From Chlorokybus atmophyticus (lineage: Eukaryota > Plantae > Mesostigma and Chlorokybus algae), in NCBI GenBank assembly GCA_009103225.1, contig RHPI01002119.1, positions 62,001 through 126,000 of the forward strand: a stretch of 64,000 nucleotides of DNA. The letters run 5' to 3'. Shown here piece by piece: positions 24,544 to 36,600 of the stretch. The notes below the pieces were generated by a model, which was not told where the DNA came from, did not search any database, and worked only from the letters and a program-made list of their open reading frames with translations. Numbering within the stretch: position 1 is the first letter of the stretch; each line of letters starts with the position of its first letter. The position numbers and the translations under genes were made by a program.

Positions 24544-26765
24544 ATGTGCAAGCGGCTGCTGGTCCTGTCCGCCGCCGCTGTGCTGAGGGGTACGAAGAGC
24601 GCGGCGGCAGGGTGCAGGAGGGTGTCGTCGTTGTCGTCGTGGCCGTGGCCGCGGTCGGCTGTGGCGTTAGCGGCGGCAGCAGCAGGAGTGTCCGTGCCCG
24701 TGGGCTTGGCTGCTGGGGTGATGGGCAGGAGCTCAGCCCTGGCAGAGGGGCGAGCGGAGGACGGCATTGCTGACAATCATGCTGCCATTGTGGTAATTCA
24801 GCCTCTTGCTATTGTTGCCATCGTGGTGTTGTTGAGTTGTGTGAATATTTCTTTGGTTTGTGCTTTTTTTGGGTTGCATGTGTGTGTAGCGCTGGCGTGC
24901 ATGCGTGAGGCTGCAATTGCCGGATGCTGCCGTCGCATGCCACTCTTTTGCAATACTCCCATGCAGCCAAGAGTAGCGCATGCAACAGTGCCTTACACCT
25001 GGCCCGACAGCAGGGTGAGGCGTTTGGTTTGTTCCTCCCTTCTTTGGCTTTCCTATTGGTTTCTTGGAGGCTTCTGTGTTGAGCGTATGCAATACAGACA
25101 AGCGCACAGACTTTCTTGCTTGGCTTGCTGAACGCGTCCACGCACACATGCATGCACACATCCACACACGCGCGCGCACACACCAATTTGTGGAATCGCC
25201 TGCAGCGTGAGTTCATGGTGGACATGACTTGCGACAGCTGCGTGTCCGCCGTCAAGGCCGCCTTAGAACCCATCCCAGGTGCGCAGAACACACACAACCT
25301 ACAACTTCAACGTGTTGTACACAGCAACACACTCTGTATCTATCTTCTCTTGTTGCATCGAACGCAGGCGTGAGCAGCGTGGATGTGGACTTGAGCGCGC
25401 AGACCGTGCGAGTCACAGGCACCTCCACTCTGCCTCGACTTGTTGATGCCGTATCGTCCACGGGCCGCGTCGCCCAACTCATCGGCATTGGATCCTCCTC
25501 CCCACAAGGTCCAAAACTATGTCAGTGTTTGTGCATTCGCATGCACTCATAGATTACATTGTGATGTGCGCGCGCATGTCACTGCTACATGCATGTGCGT
25601 GTGTGTGCGTGGGCGTATGTGTGAGCGCACGCGCGTGCATGCACCCGCACCCACGCGTGTGTATGCATGAGCGCACACGCGTGCGCGTGTGACCATGCAT
25701 GCGTATGCGTTTGTGCATGCATGCGTATGCGTTTGTGGGTACACACGTGTGCATGCGCACGCGTTCCTTCTGGCATGGTGCACAGATGTCACAACCGATG
25801 CAGACACTCTACTACACATGCAAGCATTTGCATCGTTTGCATGCATTGCACTACATCCTGTGCTTGTGTCTCAACCACATACTTACTCAACTCACTCATT
25901 CACACCACATGCCTCTCAACAGACTTCCCTGGCGTGTCGGCCGCTGTTGCCGAGTTCAAGGGTCCCTCCCTCTTCGGCGTGGCGCGCATGACTCAGCTCG
26001 CGGGCGACCTCGCGCACGTGGAGATCACGCTCGACGGGCTGCAACCCAACCGCAGGCACGCCGTCGCACTGCACGAGTACGGCGACCTCACGCAAGGCCC
26101 GAGCAGCACGGGAAGACGATACAACCCAACAGGTGAGGTGTGTGTGTTGTCGTGTGCATAGAAAGGGTAGAGGGTAGCAACTCATTTGTCAAATCAGGAG
26201 CTGCTTATGGGAGTTTGGAAGGTGAGTCGCGGAGAGCGGGTGATTGGGGAGACTTGGTTGCAGATGAGACAGGCCGAGCGCATCGTGTACACATCGACAG
26301 ACACCTGCAGGTCCTACGACTGTGACATGCACACGGTGTGCGTGCGTGCGTTCGCGCTTGCATGTGTGTACGGGACTTATGACTCTCCAGGTCCCACTGG
26401 TGTCACCTACACATAGTGTGCATGTGCGTGTGCATGCGAGACCTTCGCGCACACACCTTCAGGTTCTTGTGCTGCGACACATACAGTGTGTGCGCATGTG
26501 CGTGCATGCGCGTGTGTGCATGAAACACAACAGCCTCATCATCAGATATATGCAGGTGTGGGACGTGATTGGGAGGGCCGTGGTGGTGTACGGCATAGCC
26601 GACAGCGCGGACTGCGAGGAGCGCGGCGAGCGTGTGGCAGCGGCAGTCGTGGCGCGCTCCTCCGGCATTGGCGGCAACCCCAAGAAGTTGTGCTCATGTG
26701 ATGGCACAACCATTTGGGACGCCGGACCTGACCGCGTCACACCAACACAGTATTCCAACATGTAG
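24544..26765 (+). CDS. CCS: Copper chaperone for Cu/Zn superoxide dismutase with an N-terminal targeting peptide
   Basis: HMA domain (EFMVDMTCDSCVSAVK), SOD-like domain (AAVAEFKG...GVARM, LHEYGDLTQG, VWDVIGRAVVV) and C-terminal CXC (KKLCSCDGTTIW). Confidence 0.95.
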
Positions 26766-28184
26766 TGGACTTGTTGTGACGCGCGCGCATAGTGCCTGAT
26801 TGATTGGTGGTAACGAGTGCACGCGTCCTGTACAGAGCATTGGCTTGTATTGATTACGGTGATCAAAGTGTGGGGTGGTTACCAAACGTGACGCTGGCAT
26901 GCATGGTGCTGGCGCTTCGTGGCTTGTGGCATATAGGTCACGTTGTCTGTTGTTGTATTGGAAGGTACACTGGCATGTAATTTGGCTGCATTGATGTCGA
27001 TTACAAGTGCGCACCGCACACTCATGCTAGTCATTGCCGGGGGCAACCATGAACAGCACTCAACAAGCAACACCCCTACAACACAGTATTCACTTGTTAT
27101 TGACATGCGCTACAATCACAACCCTATGCGGGCGATCACGGTACGTTTCACGGCAGGCGCCATTCTTTGTTGGTCACTACCACCACCGCGGCATTTCTAG
27201 CCTCCTCGCGAGCGTCGTGACTGAGGTCGTCACGTTCGCCGATCACCAGTGGAAATATGGCGTCATGGCTGCGGAAGCCCCACATCGCTTGCAACTTGCA
27301 TGTTCGGCGGGCAGCACGCCACACGTCACTGACTTTTACATTCACTACCTCCTCAGTGACAGTGACAAACTTGGTGGTGAGCCTTTGTACCACACCGCTT
27401 GTGGTAGAACCACACTGATGTCTGCTTCGAAAAGAGCATCCGCGAGAAGGATCTCGTTCATTGATTGAAGCCATTCATCACGTTCCGTGCTAGTCTTGAG
27501 CTGCAGACTCTCAAAGTGCCAACGACTTGCCGAGATCGAACTCGTCCATGGTCTCCAGCCCAATGCGTGTGGCTAGCTCGGCAGGTATGTACCGCTGCGG
27601 GTATGCCATGACTTTTGGCTTGAACCTCTCCTCCTTTTCTTCGGCTTGAATGCGAGCAAGGGTATCGGCAGTTGTTTTGAGCTCATTCAGAATAGTGGCC
27701 GATTTAACCGTGCATTTGTCCAACTCTTCTGCTCAACCTGGGAACCAGACAGGCCCTGCCAGCAACAAACGCATGTTTTTGGTTGGATGTAGCAGTAAGC
27801 ACATTTACGCATGTTGAAGGCCACAGCTGCCTTCCATTTGTGTATGTGTTATGCATAAGGAACGCACGACCAGGTACTTCACAATGTGACGTTCACACCC
27901 TTCATCAAGCAACTCAGCCTTACTGGAGGTGTTCCTGACATGCTCAGCAGCGCTGCTATACTGCACCATCGGCCCATGAAAGCTAGGTCTGTTGTGCTTG
28001 CTCGCCGCCGGCTGGCTTGCGGCGCGCTGACGTGGCTGCAGCTCAGCTGCACCACCACGCACTAGTTGGGCGACGGCAGCTGCACAACCCCACCCCTAGT
28101 CGACGACGAGGAGGAGGACACCAACACCATCGCCACCCTCCGCATCTTGCGTATCTCCCCCCCCCGCTGCCGACTGCAGCCGGT

Positions 28185-28304
28185 NNNNNNNNNNNNNNNN
28201 NNNNNNNNNNNNNNNNNNNNNNNNNNNNNNNNNNNNNNNNNNNNNNNNNNNNNNNNNNNNNNNNNNNNNNNNNNNNNNNNNNNNNNNNNNNNNNNNNNNN
28301 NNNN
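28185..28304. other. Assembly gap (120 N)
   Basis: Run of N flanked by poly-C. Confidence 1.
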
Positions 28305-28893
28305 CCCCCCCCCCCCCCCCCCGCCCCCCCCTCCTCTGCTTATACCACCGATGACGACGACGACGACACGTTGCTGACACTGCATTGCCAGACTTCAGCC
28401 AGGCATCAGCAAGTTTTGGTGACCAAAGTGTTGCAGTTACGATGCTGGCGCGCGTGGCGCTGTTCATCACTTGTGGCATAACAAGTTGGTTGTATGATAA
28501 GCAGCAATTTTGTGACGTAGACTGCCAGCGTATCTGTTGTGCAATGACTGCATTGACAGGTGAATGCCCCTGTAACCAGTCAATGCGCGCACGCTTGTGC
28601 AAAGCCAGCAAGCCCAGTATCAACACCACTGCAAACTGCACCACCACTGCGCAACACGTGAGCACGCCCCCCGTGTCACGTCTGCAATGTTGGCTCTTGA
28701 CTTACACACTTGCTATGGTGTGCACACAACCTGAGAGTCATGCGCACACATGCACAAGCGTGCCAGATTTCTGCACTATCACTACCACTGGTGCTGTTCG
28801 ACTTTAACAGGTGCTGTACAATGTGGCAACGTTCACATCTTACTATACAACGCTCCATGCACATGTTTTTGTGTCAACGTGCTGGTCAACACA

Positions 28894-30445
28894 TCAATTC
28901 ATGGCGTAGCGAACTCCCGCATCCCACGTGCGTGCCTGGTCTGCCCATCGCGTGGCCTGAAGAAAGTCTTCAAAGGTGAGGAGACCTTCAAACTCGCTGC
29001 GGCACCGCGCCACATCGGCTTTGTACCCCTCATCACGGTAGAAGCGCACGATGTGGTAGAGCTCTCTCTTGATCAGCCACACCAACCACGCGGGAACTTG
29101 TTTGTGTGTCACAGGGTAGCCCTGCGCTCGAGAGAAGGCTTCACATATCTGTTGGATTGACAACTCGTCGCCAGCAAGCTCAAAGGCCTGGTTGATGTAC
29201 TTGTTGTCCTTGCGGGCGAGCACCATCGCAGCCACGCGACCCATGTCACGCACGGACACGAGTTGGAGCTTTGTGTCGAGTGGGAGAGCGAAAGGGAACG
29301 AGCCTTTCAATATAGATGGGCGTGTGTACTTCTTCCAGAACTCTTCCATGAATAGAGCGGCTCTGAGCATGGTGCTGGGTACGCCGTGGTCACGCAGCGC
29401 CGCCTCCACGGCGCCCTTCTGATCGATCTGAGCCACGCCGGAGTTCCTACCCACGCCACCCGCGCTGTTGTACACGAGGTGCTCCACGCCCGCATCGCGC
29501 CCAGCCCTCGCGAGCCTCAACCCCCTCTCAACCTCTGCGCACGCGCAAGAGGAGTGAGCATGTTCATTGCCAGACGTGAGAGAGCATTGCACTCGTACAA
29601 TCGTGCGCATACACGCACATACTGACACGCACATGCGCGCACCAGCACAGAGACAGACACAGAGACACACGCACGCACGCACACCAGCACAAAGACAGAC
29701 ACAGAGACACAAGCATGCGCACGTGTGAACACAGGCGCGCGCGCGCACACGCACTTGATCACACACACTCACATCCGCAAACGCGCACGCGCACGCACAT
29801 GCACACACCTAGTGGCTCCGGAAGGCCTGAATCTTTTGTGACGCCATGCACGTACACCTTGCGCGCTCCCTGCAGCGCCACCTTGAGGCTGCTCTCGTCG
29901 TCCAGGTCCGCCTCCACGAGGCGACAGCCCATGCGAGCCAGCGCCTGAGGCTGGGGTTTGGAGGCGTCCCTCGTCATTATGGACAGCCGACCTGTTGACA
30001 CACACAAACGATGCATGGAGTAAGAAAGGAGTACTAATTCATCAGCAGTGAATCAACCTCTTCTCTCACTTGGTTCAACGTTGGCGGACAGGAAGCCCTG
30101 CACGGCGGAGAAGCCTGTGCCGCCTGTGACCCCAATCAGCAGGATGGGGTCATTGCTGGGCGGGGAGCCTGTGCTAGCGGACACCCTCATGACGAGTTTG
30201 CGCAACAGAATCCTGTTCCGAAGCGAACACCCTGAACCGCATTGAGCATCACTGCTGTCAGACAAGCTCATACACAGCTCAAAAAGAAAGCATGCTTTGA
30301 GCAACAACCATGTGCACAACAACAGACCTGACGACGGCCGGCGAGGTTGTGCTCTCCGCCTTAGGGACACAGAGACTTCCTCACCACTCCTGCAGGAAGA
30401 CAATGCCGCAACCGAGGCTGGAGCTAGCAGCGACGACGGCGCCAT
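28894..30445 (-). CDS. NmrA-like (atypical SDR) NAD(P)-binding protein with a probable plastid transit peptide
   Basis: Rossmann motif ILLIGVTGGTG, then TRD, EADLDDESSLKVALQGA, HLVYNS, TMLRAALFMEEF, VSVRDMGRVAA and FELAGDELS. Confidence 0.85.
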
Positions 30446-30630
30446 GCCCTCCTCCTAACCCCTCGCCGCCGCCGCCACCGCCAAGCTGACGTGGCCACCA
30501 AACTACTGTCTGCCCAGTCAGCAAGTTCACACATTTCTCTCATTTGCTGGAAAACTTCCTTCAGTGCACAGTCAGCATTGACCTTCCGACGTCGTACAAC
30601 ACGACTAGAGTACCGATCAACCTGCGCAGC

Positions 30631-30639
30631 AAACCCTAA
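30631..30639 (+). promoter_or_regulatory. Telo-box (AAACCCTAA) upstream of RPS4
   Basis: Exact motif in the NmrA/RPS4 intergenic promoter. Telo-boxes are typical of plant ribosomal-protein promoters. Confidence 0.5.
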
Positions 30640-30783
30640 TGCTGGAGACTGAGAAGTCGTGATTGGCTGCAACTAGCCGGGCATTGTGCAGGCGGTTTGT
30701 GGCAGAAAGTTTAGGCTGTAGAATCGCCTGCAGGGGCATAGGGGTCCGCCTGGCCGCCCGTGTTGGGTCTCTTTGGCCGCTGC

Positions 30784-30792
30784 TTAGGGTTT
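30784..30792 (-). promoter_or_regulatory. Second telo-box (TTAGGGTTT on +) in the RPS4 5' region
   Basis: Exact motif about 90 bp upstream of the RPS4 ATG. Confidence 0.5.
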
Positions 30793-30879
30793 GGCGGCGG
30801 CGGCAGCGGCGGCGGCGGGGACGCGCACCCCGGAGGACGGCCTTGGCGGCTGTGTTGGTGGCTTCGGCCTCCCGTCAAG

Positions 30880-32388
30880 ATGGTGAGTGGATGCTGGATG
30901 TGGAATGCCGTCTGCCGGATGCTGGATGGCAATTGCTAGCGTTTGATGTTGAGTCTGGGGTTGATGAGGGTTTTGGTAGTTGTGTGTGAGGGGTTTATTT
31001 GCGGTGGTGTGAGACGAAGGAGTGTGATTGTGGTCGTGATATAGAATTGGATGTGGTTGTGTTCAGGTGCGTGGACCCAAGAAGCACATGAAGCGCTTGA
31101 ATGCGCCCAGGCATTGGATGCTTGACAAGCTGGGCGGCATTTTTGCGCCTAAGCCCTCCCCTGGGCCGCACAAGCAGCGCGAGTGCCTGCCGCTCGTGCT
31201 GATCCTCCGCAACCGCCTTAAGTACGCGCTCACAAACAAGGAGGTGACTTCCATTGTGATGAACCGCCTCATCTCCGTGGATGGCAAAGTCCGCACTGAC
31301 AGGAACTACCCCTCCGGTTTCATGGGTACGTTGGCGTCTTTGGCTTAATATTTGGAATAGTTGATCAGTGGTTGGTTGTACACTGTCACTGCAGGTCGAC
31401 ATCTGCATGCAAACGCCGCGATTGCACGTTGCTATGGTTTGCCTTACTTGAACATGCTGACCACTACATCAGCTGGCGCATTGCATGATAGCAGGCATGG
31501 AGAAATCTCATTCCAGCGTTTACATAGTCTTCTTTTTTCGCTAGAGGGGTACTTGTTCTAGGGCATGTTTGAGTACGCAACGTTTGCAGCACTCGTGGAA
31601 GTGTTTTTTTTTACATGTTCTATAGTGCGCGACAACTATGCACATGCACGTGCACCTAGCCTGAAACTGTTTTCTTTTGTAGACGTTGTGGAGATCGCCA
31701 AGACAGATGAGCACTTCAGGCTGCTGTATGACGCCAAGGGCCGGTTTGTTGTTCACCGCATCACAGCTGAGGAGGCCAAGGTACGCATGTGCTGCATTAT
31801 CACGGCAGTTTGCATGGCTTATGTTCTCCTGTGCATGAATGTACAGTTAGGCAAGCTGGCGATCAGTTGCTGCTGATTATTCTCTGACTGCGTAGTACAC
31901 CAGCACTCCACCACAAGAAGTATGGCTTGCGCATGACGTTGTTGTTGGACCCTTTGCAGTACAAGCTGTGCAAGGTGAAGCGCATGGAGATTGGTGCCAA
32001 GGGCATTCCCTATGTTGCTCTGTCCGATGGTCGCACAGTGCGCTACCCCGATCCCCTGATCAAGGTCAATGACACCGTCAAGTTTGACCTGGAGAACAAC
32101 AAGATCACAGATTTCATCAAGTTCGATGTGGGCAATGTGGCATTTGTGACCGGCGGGCACAACAGGGGACGAATCGGCATTGTGCAACATCGTGAGAAGC
32201 ACAAGGGCAGCTTTGAGATCATCCATATCAAGGATGCCGCTGGACACCAGTTCGCCACCCGCATTGGCAACGTGTTCATTGTTGGCAAGGGATCCAAGCC
32301 CTGGATCACGCTGCCCAAGGGCAAGGGTATCTGGTTGAGCATTGTGGAGGAGATGAAGAAGCGCGCAGCGGCCAAGACTGCTGCCTAA
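30880..32388 (+). CDS. RPS4: Cytosolic 40S ribosomal protein eS4; 4 exons, the first contributing only the ATG
   Basis: ATG|gtgagt (30880-82), intron, then [24 protein letters not shown]...HKQRECLPL...YPSGFM|DVV...RFVVHRI|YKLCKV...RYPDPLIK...GIWLSIVEE. Confidence 0.98.
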
Positions 32389-33099
32389 GCTCCCAATTGA
32401 TTGTGCATCATTGCTTTTGCCCGCAAGTGCTGCAGGCTTGTTTACTTACCACAGACGCTGTGGCACGCGAGAGTAGTGTCTATTGCTATATCAATATCTG
32501 CTCTGTTCAGCTTGCTGCTGTTGTTTGGTGCATTGATGTCTGGTATACTTCAGGAAGTCGCACCCTGCATTGTAGCTCCCAAGTGGTTGCCAGCCAGATG
32601 CTGGTCTTGTAGCCAGCTGCAGAGCAGGTAGTGACTTGGGGGTGTCATGAGTGAATGTGCTGCGTTTGTGAGTCCTTGTGTATACGCCACAAACAGTTGT
32701 GAAAGGTAGAACTGGTGATGGCATTCGCCGGTCATTGTCCTCGTTTTGGTAGGGTAGGTCATACGATGTGATGAGTAAAACTGTGGGCATAATGTTTTGG
32801 CAGCGCAGCACCCAGCAAGCCAAGTGAAAAGAAGGTGATTGAGCAGAAAAAAACGATGGATGAATATATTACAAGGGTGCCCATTGGCGGCTGTGGTGTA
32901 TATAAGGGGTATGGTACGGCGGCAGCATGCATGGTGTGGACAATGTGAATGGCATGCATCAGCACAAGCATACGCACGCTTTACACATCAAATTTAACCA
33001 CCGGGCTAATTCTATGGCTGCTTGCTACGCTATACCAATGCTAGCCCGCCCCGTTACATGTGTAGTTTCCAGCGTTAACCTACTCAAACAATCACACAG

Positions 33100-36000
33100 T
33101 GGGCTGTACACGAGCAACGTCCTCAAGTGCTACATGCTGTCTGTCGTGTAGACGCAAGGAGGGTTGCATGCACTGTAGTTGCAGCTAGAGCCATAATGGC
33201 TGTGGCCTGCGCGCGCTGGAACGTGACATATATGCTTGCGAAAAGCAGTCACAAAGCGTGATAGATGCCGCGTCTCCAACTAATGAGCATCCAACACTAG
33301 GTGCGCACAAGTGGCCAACAAGTCCATTGGGCGACCCATCCAATCGTGCATCTCGATCACCAACGAGATCGGCATGTCTGTCGGGATATGGTCCGGGTAC
33401 TTGGAGCGCTTGTCGCGCTCCGCACTCTGTGCAGCTGATCTCGCTAGGTAGTGGCTGCCGGTGATGGTGGCGTCGAGCAGCATGCGCAAGTCTCGACCCC
33501 GCTCCAAGGCAATGATGTCTATACGACATCCCTGTGCTCACCCTCTCGAACAGGCAATACCCCTGGCTGCTCGCAACGGACGGTGTAGCTCGCCTCCCAC
33601 ATAATGCCAGCAACAGCGTCGCGCACATCGTCGTGTGTCACAATGCAATGGCCGTGGCGCATACAAGATGTCATATGCTCGTCTCGGGCACTGGTGAGCT
33701 GATAACCATATGAACAAAGCTGCATGTGTGCCAGGAGTGGGTGTGGCCAACCAAGCAGGTGACGCATGGCTGTGCGGAACTACGAGTATAAAAAGCGATG
33801 ATCCGAGCGCGCAGAAACCGCCGTCAACCAAGCACTTGCGCCTCCTCTCGATGCCGACTGCAAGCGAGCAGCGTCCGCGATAGAGTTCAATGCCAACTCT
33901 GTCTATAGCTGAGCGCGAGCCGTGGTGTCGATGGCTGTGGTGAGGTCCTGCTGCAGAGGCAGGCTCTGTGACGTCGTAAAAGCACCCTGGTAAAAGGACT
34001 CCGGTGCGAAGTGTGGTGTCAGCTAAGCAGCCACATCACGCAATGCTCGCTGGAAGGGGAGAGTGGTAAAAGGGTTGAAAGCAGTGACGATGGCAACAGT
34101 AAGGTCGGAGTCGTGCGTAGACCCCACTGATGCAAAGCAACGAACGAGCACAGACGCCGCCATCGCCCAACTGCCAACGAATGCTGCAGGCGCCACCTCG
34201 GCCGTGGTGCGCAGGCCAACGCCGCCCACGTCAATGAGGAAAGCTAGCTGCTGACGTACGCGTGAGCTCAGTGCCTCCGAAATGTCCGCAATATGATGTG
34301 GGCAAAACAGTCTAGCAGAGCTCTATCGAAGGCTGACAGCTGCTTGCGAAAAGCTGCTGAAGGGGCCATAGTCCGCATGAGGTAGACTGGAAAGGCAGCA
34401 ATGCAGCGTGTCAGTAGCAAAGTGGCAATTTGCGGATCACGCATGTGCTGCAGTACGCGCAACACCGCCATTGCGTGCTCTAAGCAATAAATGTAGGCAG
34501 CAGCCACAGTAGCCGATCCCAAAGGCACCCGCAGCGCCGTGAAGTTTCTCATGCTCGTGCGTACCTCCACCGGAGAGACATCAGAAACTTCTGAACGGTA
34601 GAAGGCGCACGACTTGTTCCAATGCACCTGCAAGCGCACTGGCTCGCGCGCAGCGCGCATATTCGCAGCTGCCGCCGCTACGTCCTCAGCCGAGCCAATC
34701 AAAATTGTGTCATCCGTGTACATGGGAGACAAATGGTGGCATAGTGGGCAATGACATCACTAACCACACGGGTATGCACAAGCGCGTACAGTAGAACGCG
34801 GCTAAAAGATTACCTTGCCGGGTGCATGTTGGGAAAAGGATGCACTTAATGTAGTTGTCTCCGCTGTACATTAGCAGCGAAAGCGAGCTGTAGAAGCATT
34901 GTAAGAAAGGAATGAGAGGGGCGAAAAGGCCAGCCCGCAACTCCTGAAACATGGCTGCGCAATTGACGGAGTTGAAGGCGTTGGCGATGTCGAGCTGCAG
35001 CACCACATGCTCAGGGTGGGTGTCTAACACCGCGCATATGCCATGCGCCACTATCTCAGCTCCGCCGCGTGTGGCAATTTCATACTGCCATGGCTTAAAG
35101 TGTTTCGCAGCAGTGTTGCGCATCAGCGACAAGAGTGCCCGTGCTGTTCGACGCTGCAAGATGTCCCCGATCACGATCGGGCGCACGCCACTAGGCTTCT
35201 CCAGAGCGATCAATGTGCAGACGGACAAAGCACTCGCCACACGGCCTAGGACACACCCCCCCGCTAGCACGGCGCATATGCGATGCAGGGGCAACAACGC
35301 CAAACTTCGGCGGTGGCCACACTTGAAGTGTGGCCACCGCCGCCATCTGGGTCAAATTGGTGCAGATGATCGTACGACCAACCACTAGGGCCCCCTGCAC
35401 TCCGCCGCGGTGCTGTGGCCAAGGATGTGCGGAATGTGGTCACATCAAACTCAAGCTGCACCGCTGGTGCAAAGTCTGCCACCCACTCAGGTATTGAAGA
35501 AGATGGCACAGGATGCAAACGACGCAGCTCCGATGATGTTGCTGCGGATGGTGGTGCTGGTGCCGCTGGCGTTAAAGCTGCACACGCACACTGCAACTCA
35601 TCAACCTGCCCCAAACGCTCAGCTCGATGCAGAGTGGCCGCCGTCGGGTCATCTCCAACTGCAATGGCTGCCTGTGTACACACTTTGTCGCACACAATTC
35701 CTTGCGCTCATGCAACAACTGCTCCCACTCCCCCAGCAAGAAATGCCACAGCAATCGTATTGCCTGCCGGTGGGCGCCAGCACGACACAAAGGAGACAGC
35801 ACTAGCCTCGGCAACAGCCATAAGACCCACCTAGCAATGTCATCACCATCCACACCAATACGCGAGAAGCACAGAGCAATAGCATGGGCGAAGTCTGCTC
35901 TGTCCGCATAAGGGTTAAAGGACATGAAGTTCAACTCAAGTTGAGACCATCTGGTTCCCGTTTGGTTGGCATGTCTAGGCTCAAGATCCAAGCCCGGGAT

Positions 36001-36600
36001 GACTCGGGCATACTGGCAGTGAGGGCTGGCAAGCTGCCACCATCATGCGTTGTTGACGAAGGTGCTTGCTGACGCCGAGCTTTATGGCCTCAGCATGCGC
36101 GCACATGCAAAGGCAGTCCTCGAGCAGTGAAGCGGACGCCACAATGCTCGCAAGGTTAATCACAAAGCTGAGGACCTGAGGCATGACGCCCTGCAGGCAG
36201 TAGCGATGAGGCCGGTGCAAGCAACGATGGTAGTGGTGTCGTTGTTGTTGGTGGTGTCGTTGCCGTCTCCGTTGCCGTTGTCGCTACTGTTGCACGTGCA
36301 GGCAGTGGTGGTGATGATGTTGTTGCAGCTGCAATTGATGGCGAAGCTGATGTCGTTGCCGGTGTTGGTACACGCGCCAGCAGCGATGGTGGTGGTGTCG
36401 TTGTTGTTGTTAGTGGGTTCGTTGCTGTCTCCGTACCCGTTGCCGCTTCTGGTGCACATGCAAGCAATGGTGGTAATGATGTTGCTGCCGTTGCAGCTGC
36501 AGTCAGTGGCGGAGCTGATATCGTTGCCGGTGTCGGTGCAGGTAGTGATGGTGTGGATGCTCATGGCGATGCAGATGGGAGCAGCAAGGACGATGCCAAT
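33100..36600 (-). mobile_element. Near full-length, decayed CRE-like non-LTR retrotransposon (N-terminal Zn finger, RT, RLE)
   Basis: PCEHCGVRFTARGLPLHVRAC finger near 36090-36155; APRRSAGGPSGW; RPIVIGD, WQYEIATRGG, VVLQLDIANAFN, GTRQG, MYTDD; C-terminal CMRHGHCIVTHDDVRD, LLDATI and ERDKRSKY. Ends are approximate. Confidence 0.88.
36226..36546 (-). repeat. Two tandem codon-multiple units (159 and 162 bp) encoding a Thr/Pro/Ala-rich stretch at the CRE 5' end
   Basis: The unit start gatggt(a/g)gtggtgtcgttgttgttg recurs at 36226 and 36385, and gatgg again at 36547. Confidence 0.75.

Noticed and set aside
27345-27563. PH-domain-like tail (LKTSTERDEWLQSMNE)
   Set aside because: Only a short helix motif with no upstream beta-strand pattern or splice model; kept only as an unassigned relic.
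28096-28807. Overlapping ORFs near the first gap (hydrophobic or Cys-rich)
   Set aside because: No recognisable domain or consistent splice sites, and interrupted by Ns.
30883-31959. Intronic snoRNAs in RPS4
   Set aside because: No paired C (RUGAUGA) and D (CUGA) boxes with terminal stems, and no H/ACA layout, could be identified by eye.
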